The notes under the pieces are model-generated. The model ran no database searches. It worked only from the letters and a program-made list of their open reading frames with translations, and was not told where the DNA came from. From Geosiphon pyriformis uo1 (taxonomy: Eukaryota; Fungi; Glomeromycota), in contig JAAOMT010000494.1 of assembly GCA_016748015.1 (NCBI GenBank), positions 984,190-1,048,189 on the forward strand: DNA of 64,000 bases. Direction: 5' to 3'. Positions 58,501-64,000 of this stretch are shown piece after piece (the stretch's first letter is position 1; each line of letters begins with the position of its first letter). The position numbers were made by a program, and so were the translations under genes.

Positions 58501-61500
58501 CTCCAAAAAAATTGATGTTAGCATGATTGGGTCTTTGATTGGGGACATTGTTGTTGATAGTTTTGTTGTTTTAATTGTCATTGTTTCTGAGAGCTGAAGG
58601 AGGCAGGAGAGGATTGTTACAATCTCTGAAGAAATGTTTAATTAATCCACAGCAATAACACACAAGTAGGCCACAATTTTGTTGTCTTTAATAAGAGGAT
58701 TGCTAGGGTTAATTAAAACGGGATTCAAATCTGAGTCTTTGGGATTGTTGATTCTTTCTGACTGCTTAGGCTAAGAGTTTTAGTAACTGGGCAAGATTAG
58801 CTGTAAGTCTATTTATTAACTGTTCATTTGGGTCTTGAATTTGGACAGCAAAAGAGGTAGCAGCCATTTGGGGAGCAGGAGCCATAACAGAAGCAGGAGC
58901 AAAAACTGGAAGTGTGGATCTTAAATGCATTTTTTGATTGTCTTCTATTCTCTGGGCAAGTTCAATAGTCATATTCATTGTGGGATTATCTTTTAAGGCC
59001 AGGAGGGGCCAAAGAGCATATGACAGATTTGTTCTCAATCCTTTTGTAAAGAAATGAATCTTTTGCTCATCTGTTCAGTTATTTGGTTACCACTTTACTG
59101 GGACTTTGGATTCTTTTTTCTAATTTCATATGCTATTTGGATATCAAGATAGAAGTTCTAAATTTAGTTTTAAACTGGGTTGTAAAAAAAGTGTTTTCTT
59201 TTTCAGCATTTGTTGGTGCCCATTTAATAATTTTTTGGTGAGCACCAGCATCAGTTTTTTGTGAGAACCAAGTAGCAGGAGAGCCTTGAAGATAACCACT
59301 AATGATTTGAAACTTGTATTCAGCATTATATTGGTTAGTAGTAGTTGTTCTCTCAAAATTGTCTAATTATTCAATTGGATCTTGTGCATTGTCTCTGAAC
59401 AAGGGTAGTGGTGTGTTATTTCTTTGTTCTAAAGCAGTTTGTATGCTCTGGAGAGTGATCAAAATGTTTTGTTGTATGGGGTTATTAGCCATTAGTTCAA
59501 GAGTAGCTGTTTGTGTAGAATGTTCTAATTTACTAAAGAAAAAATCAAAAACAAAAGTGGTTTGATAGCTTTCTTTTTCTGTTTCAAAGAAAGTTTTAGC
59601 TAACTGATGGGCAGCAATTCAAATGTGAATTTGGTGATTCAGGTATTTGAAATTAGGGGGCTGTTGTTTAAAAGTTGTAGAGTATAAAAGTTGATTGATG
59701 CTGTTGTTTTTTTCTTCAAAGTTGTTTTCAGAATAAGCTTGGTCAAAGTAATAAATTGTATAGACTATGTAGGTTTCAGCTAAATGCTTATTCAAGAACC
59801 AGTTCCAAAAAGCTTGGAATTGTCTACTAGATTGTTTTTCAATAGGGAAGCAAATCAAGCAGGAGAGCAAAAGATTGAGTTCAATAAAGTTTAGATTGTT
59901 TTTGTTGTATGCTTTAAAGTGTTTTTCTGATTGTTATGGTAGGTATGAATAATTACTCATACAATAAGAAACAAAGTAAATTTTAACAACCTCACAAGGA
60001 GCACCACTTTTATGTTATGGATTGGAGTAACAAGCTAATGAATAGCAAAGGAGAACAGGATTGTAGAGTGATAGAAATAATCAAAGAGATTTTAACTTCA
60101 AGAAGCAAATTAAATGAGTAAAGATTCAATATGTGAAATCAGTTTTATAAAATATCTCAGTCACTGCATTTTTCAAAAAATAACTGGAAAATCTGAAGAT
60201 AGAAGGATAGTCCATTCTGTCAACAAATGATCACACACTGGTAAAATTCTATGCCTTAAATTGGCCCTCTTAGAATTCAATATCAGATATCAGATGTATT
60301 TTTTAGTCACATTTTATTCAATAATCTTTAAATGCTGCAAATACATGTTCAGAAAAAGAGTAGGTAAATGCCAACAAGTAATCTTTTATTTTAAAATATT
60401 CAGATACTTAAAGGTAAGAAAAAGGAAATTAGTGATAAGAGAAATATTAAAATGAAGTTGTTATTTTTATTTCTGTATGCTTTTCTACAGCTAAAAAATT
60501 TATCACTTATATAGCTATCAAAAGTGATTAATAATCAGGTCAACAATTAGGTCAATAATTAGGTCAATAATCACTATCTAAAAATAGAGTGGTTAATTAT
60601 ATAATATCAGTAGCTAATACATGTAATAATTAATAAAAAGTATAGGTTTCAACCATAACAACATTATAACAATACTGGAAGCCAGAATATACTTTAAAAC
60701 CAAAACAATTACCTGTAATTTTGTTATTATAGAAGACACCAAACCACTAACTTCAAGACTAATACTTAAATTCAGATTAGCAAAAAATGTAGTTGCACTA
60801 TACTTTATTTTATATATACCCAAGTTTTTTAAAAATCTATCTGTATAAATATTGATAATATCTAAATTAGTATTAAAGAGATATTGTCTTACTATAAAGA
60901 AATTACTAGTATCAAAAATATTCAAAAGCTGGAATTTACTAATAAATAGCTGAACTGTAAAATGAGAAGTAGAATTAACTAAGTAATCATATATTAATTT
61001 AAACTAAATAGGAATTGGAACTTTAGGATCAAGTCTTTTTCAACAATAAAAACTTTTTCAATCAAAAACTAACTCTTTCTTATCATATAATTGTTCAACA
61101 AAGACAATACTAAATCTTTTAAATGAATGAGAAACATTATAAAACATTATATCTTCCAAAACAAAAAACATAGAAGTGCTATCAAAAAACTGAAATGTAA
61201 AGAACAAAATATTGGTAAAAGAAACATTATAATTTAAAAAGATTTTTATCACACCAGTCAGAAAATTGTTAATTGAACTGATCTTTAATTTCACAGAATT
61301 TTGCAAAAAATAAATGAGAAACCAACTTAAAATTTGCAAATCCAAAGATTTATAATCAAACAAATAACCAAAAATTCTATTAGCATTTAAAAAACTCAAC
61401 ACAGAAGTCAATTTACTCTTTACTTGTACTTGCTCAAATAATTTAAAGTTATACAAAAATAGATGATAAAGTGCCTTATTGGAAAATTTTTGACAAATCC

Positions 61501-64000
61501 ACTTTTATTCTTAAACTTTTTTTAATTAGCATATTCTATTTGTTGCATACACTTTTAAAAACAAAACTAAACTGAATTTTGTAACCAACAATAGATTAAA
61601 GCACAGCTGAAACCAAATAAAAAAACTGTTTATTTAAAATAGCTTTTTTTAAGATCATGTTAACAAAAAACCTAATATTCAAATAAGCTTTTTTCAAACT
61701 AAGTTTGGATAAACCTTTAGAAAACAAAAAAATACAAAGATATCTATAGAATTTTCCACTTTGTATTATAGATATTGGCAGATCACTTATTAATAATAAG
61801 ACATTTCTGACTTTTTGGTTGATAAAAATGGCTATTATTTTTTTATTGTTGATTGAAATATTATTAATAATAAAAAACTTACTTGTAATATCCAAAATAT
61901 ATTAAGTAGTAGTCTGACTATTTTTTATCCAAATTGTGTTATCAATAAAAGCACTAGCCATCAAATATAAAGTTAATTTATCTTGGTTTTTTATTCTGTT
62001 AGTTTTGGCTACAAACTTAGTGTTAATATAATAACTATATAAACTTTTATGTCTTTTAACCTTACATAAAAAAGGATCATAAAAATTTTTCTAGAACAGA
62101 GAAAAAAAATTTTACCCTGGTTTAAACTATTATGTACTTGGTATCTATTAGTCAACTCATAATTAGTCATAATCTAATTAATCTTACTATTGTGAATATT
62201 ACCAAAGAACTTAATGAATTGCTTACATATTTTAATTTAAATTAAACTATTTTTTAAATGATACCAATTAACAAAATTATATGCCTTTTGCATATTTTAT
62301 AAGACTAATCAAAGTCTATGATATTTTTTTAAAGCATCTTTAATCATTAAGCCAACCACAAAAATAAAAAACTAGATAGTAATGTCTTTTAATACAGAAA
62401 AGTTGTTACCATAAAAAACATTAAATCTACTACAAACCAAGAAAATTTTATCAAAAAAAATCTTGGAAAGAATTTTATAAGCAGTCTCAATTAAGGTAAT
62501 TAGTCTGGTATTAGTTAAAACACTCTTCTATTTATAAGATTTAAGAATCATTAACACTTAAGCTTCCTTTCAAAATTAAAGTACAGATTCACACATCAAA
62601 CAAAAGTTCAAATAATTCAGAAGCATGACAAGAATTAAACCATTATAATGTTTTCAAAGCTCATTTATAATATTAAACAAATCAATGACTTTTCTATTAA
62701 GCAGATCTTTGATTACATGTATTAAATTATAATAATTAATAGCACTCATAACATTGAAAAAAGCAATATTATCAATATAAATCAACAGCAGATATTGATA
62801 ATACTGCAGATTAGGAATACTATTCAAAACTAATTTTTTCTTTGTCCAATCTTTCATAATTGTATCAACTTTAGATTTGATCTTACCAGAACCCAAAACC
62901 AGTTTATTATTAACAACCAAATAATCTATTACAACTTTTCAAAAAAGTTGCTTTAATACACTTCTGATTGTATGATTTTTATTAACAACAAAGCTTTCTA
63001 TTTATTTGTTAATAGCAGATCTGATAAGTGACTTTTTAGCCCTTAAAAATTTAGCAAGTTTAAATACACAATATAATTTTTTTACTTTAAAAAGAGAGGA
63101 TCTTATACAATTAAAATCAGAACCAAAGTTCAACAAAACTTAAATACTTGAAGCATTATTACTGTTTAAAGACATTTAGCAGTTCATTAGAGAATTGAAC
63201 CTATCATTAGTCTTATTATGTAAAAATTTGGCAATTTTTGACATTATATTTATATCTGAAAAATTTCTAGATATAGCAAACTTATTAAAAAACATAACAG
63301 CATTAACCATTATAGTATTCTTGAATTTGTTTAATTTTGTATCATTAACATCTTTAAAATCAAACTTTCAGCAGTTTTTATTTGCCAACTTATAAAAAAA
63401 GTTCAAATATACATTCAACAAATCATTCAAATCCACAAAAATAAAGACTACTTAATGATCAATGTCAAAGTGTTCTCTAATATTTAAAACATTATAATTC
63501 ATTATTGTATTAATTAAATTTAAGGAGACAAATATAAAATCAAGTGTTTTTTCAGCACTTTTAGAATTATTTTATGTTAAAGTTTTTGTAACTGAATTTT
63601 TTATCAAAAAATTAACCAGTTTTAAATCAAGACACTTTTTGAAGCTAGCATATTCCCAAAACTATTCTCATTAAAATTACTTTTCAAAACCACAAATAAA
63701 GTTTTGTTTACAGTTTTAGCAATTAGTAAATTAATTTTTTCAGCTTAAACCAAGTATATTATCAAAGTAGTATTAATATACAGTCCCAAAATTAACACAA
63801 AGAGTTTATTTTTAAAAAGTAGTTTAATAAACAAAAACCTATTAGCAATTTCTAAAATCTTGTATACATGTCTTGTTAAACTAATGTTTATAATAATTGT
63901 GACACCAAAACCCAAGTGATTAGATTTTAAACCAGACATAAACACTCAAATATCATCAAACTTGTTTATAATCTATAGATAAACTTTATCTTTTAATTTT

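Larger units (their letters stand above)
48143..60660 (-). mobile_element. Gypsy family A copy 3, full length, degenerate, interrupted in RT by family B element
   Basis: LTRs 48143-48843 and 60013-60660, TSD ACAT on both sides, PBS 59988-60006, PPT 48844-48854. Colinear with A1. Confidence 0.92.
47320..64000 (-). mobile_element. LINE copy D, interrupted in RNase H by Gypsy A3; continues past window end
   Basis: Zn finger/RNase H C-part at 47320-48142. Resumes at 60661 (IYTDRFL, KLQVIVL), with RT ~61900-62700 and endonuclease 63400-64000. Confidence 0.8.

Overview
Eukaryotic, very AT-rich, transposon-dominated DNA. It looks like an early-diverging fungus (Glomeromycotina-like); this is an inference from gene style and TE content, not a database result. 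Roughly 85-90% of the window is decayed retroelements, almost all on the minus strand. There are four non-LTR (LINE) copies encoding ORF1 plus APE-RT-RNaseH-Zn finger. There are three copies of a Ty3/Gypsy family (family A: ~650-715 bp LTRs, 4-bp TSDs, -1 gag/pol frameshift, extra 3' ORF). A pol-less LTR family (family B, ~1.09 kb LTRs) is present as one full element and one solo LTR. These are nested up to four levels deep and eroded by C>T/G>A mutation into near-pure AT deserts. A single CpG-retaining gene island (~17.2-21.6 kb) holds three intronless + strand genes: two tandem ArsC/Fmp46-like thioredoxin-fold paralogs (one retains the ArsC catalytic residues, one has lost the Cys) and a small secreted, probably GPI-anchored protein. 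The most notable signals are: (1) both LTR families have a PBS for an elongator-type tRNA-Met and also carry, inside the LTR, boxes matching that tRNA's anticodon arm; (2) family B has an anti-PBS hairpin mimicking the tRNA 3' end; (3) a homologous non-Env ORF3 is kept even by the element lacking pol. A 20-N gap at 34731-34750 is flanked by a 332-bp perfect duplication, an assembly artefact.
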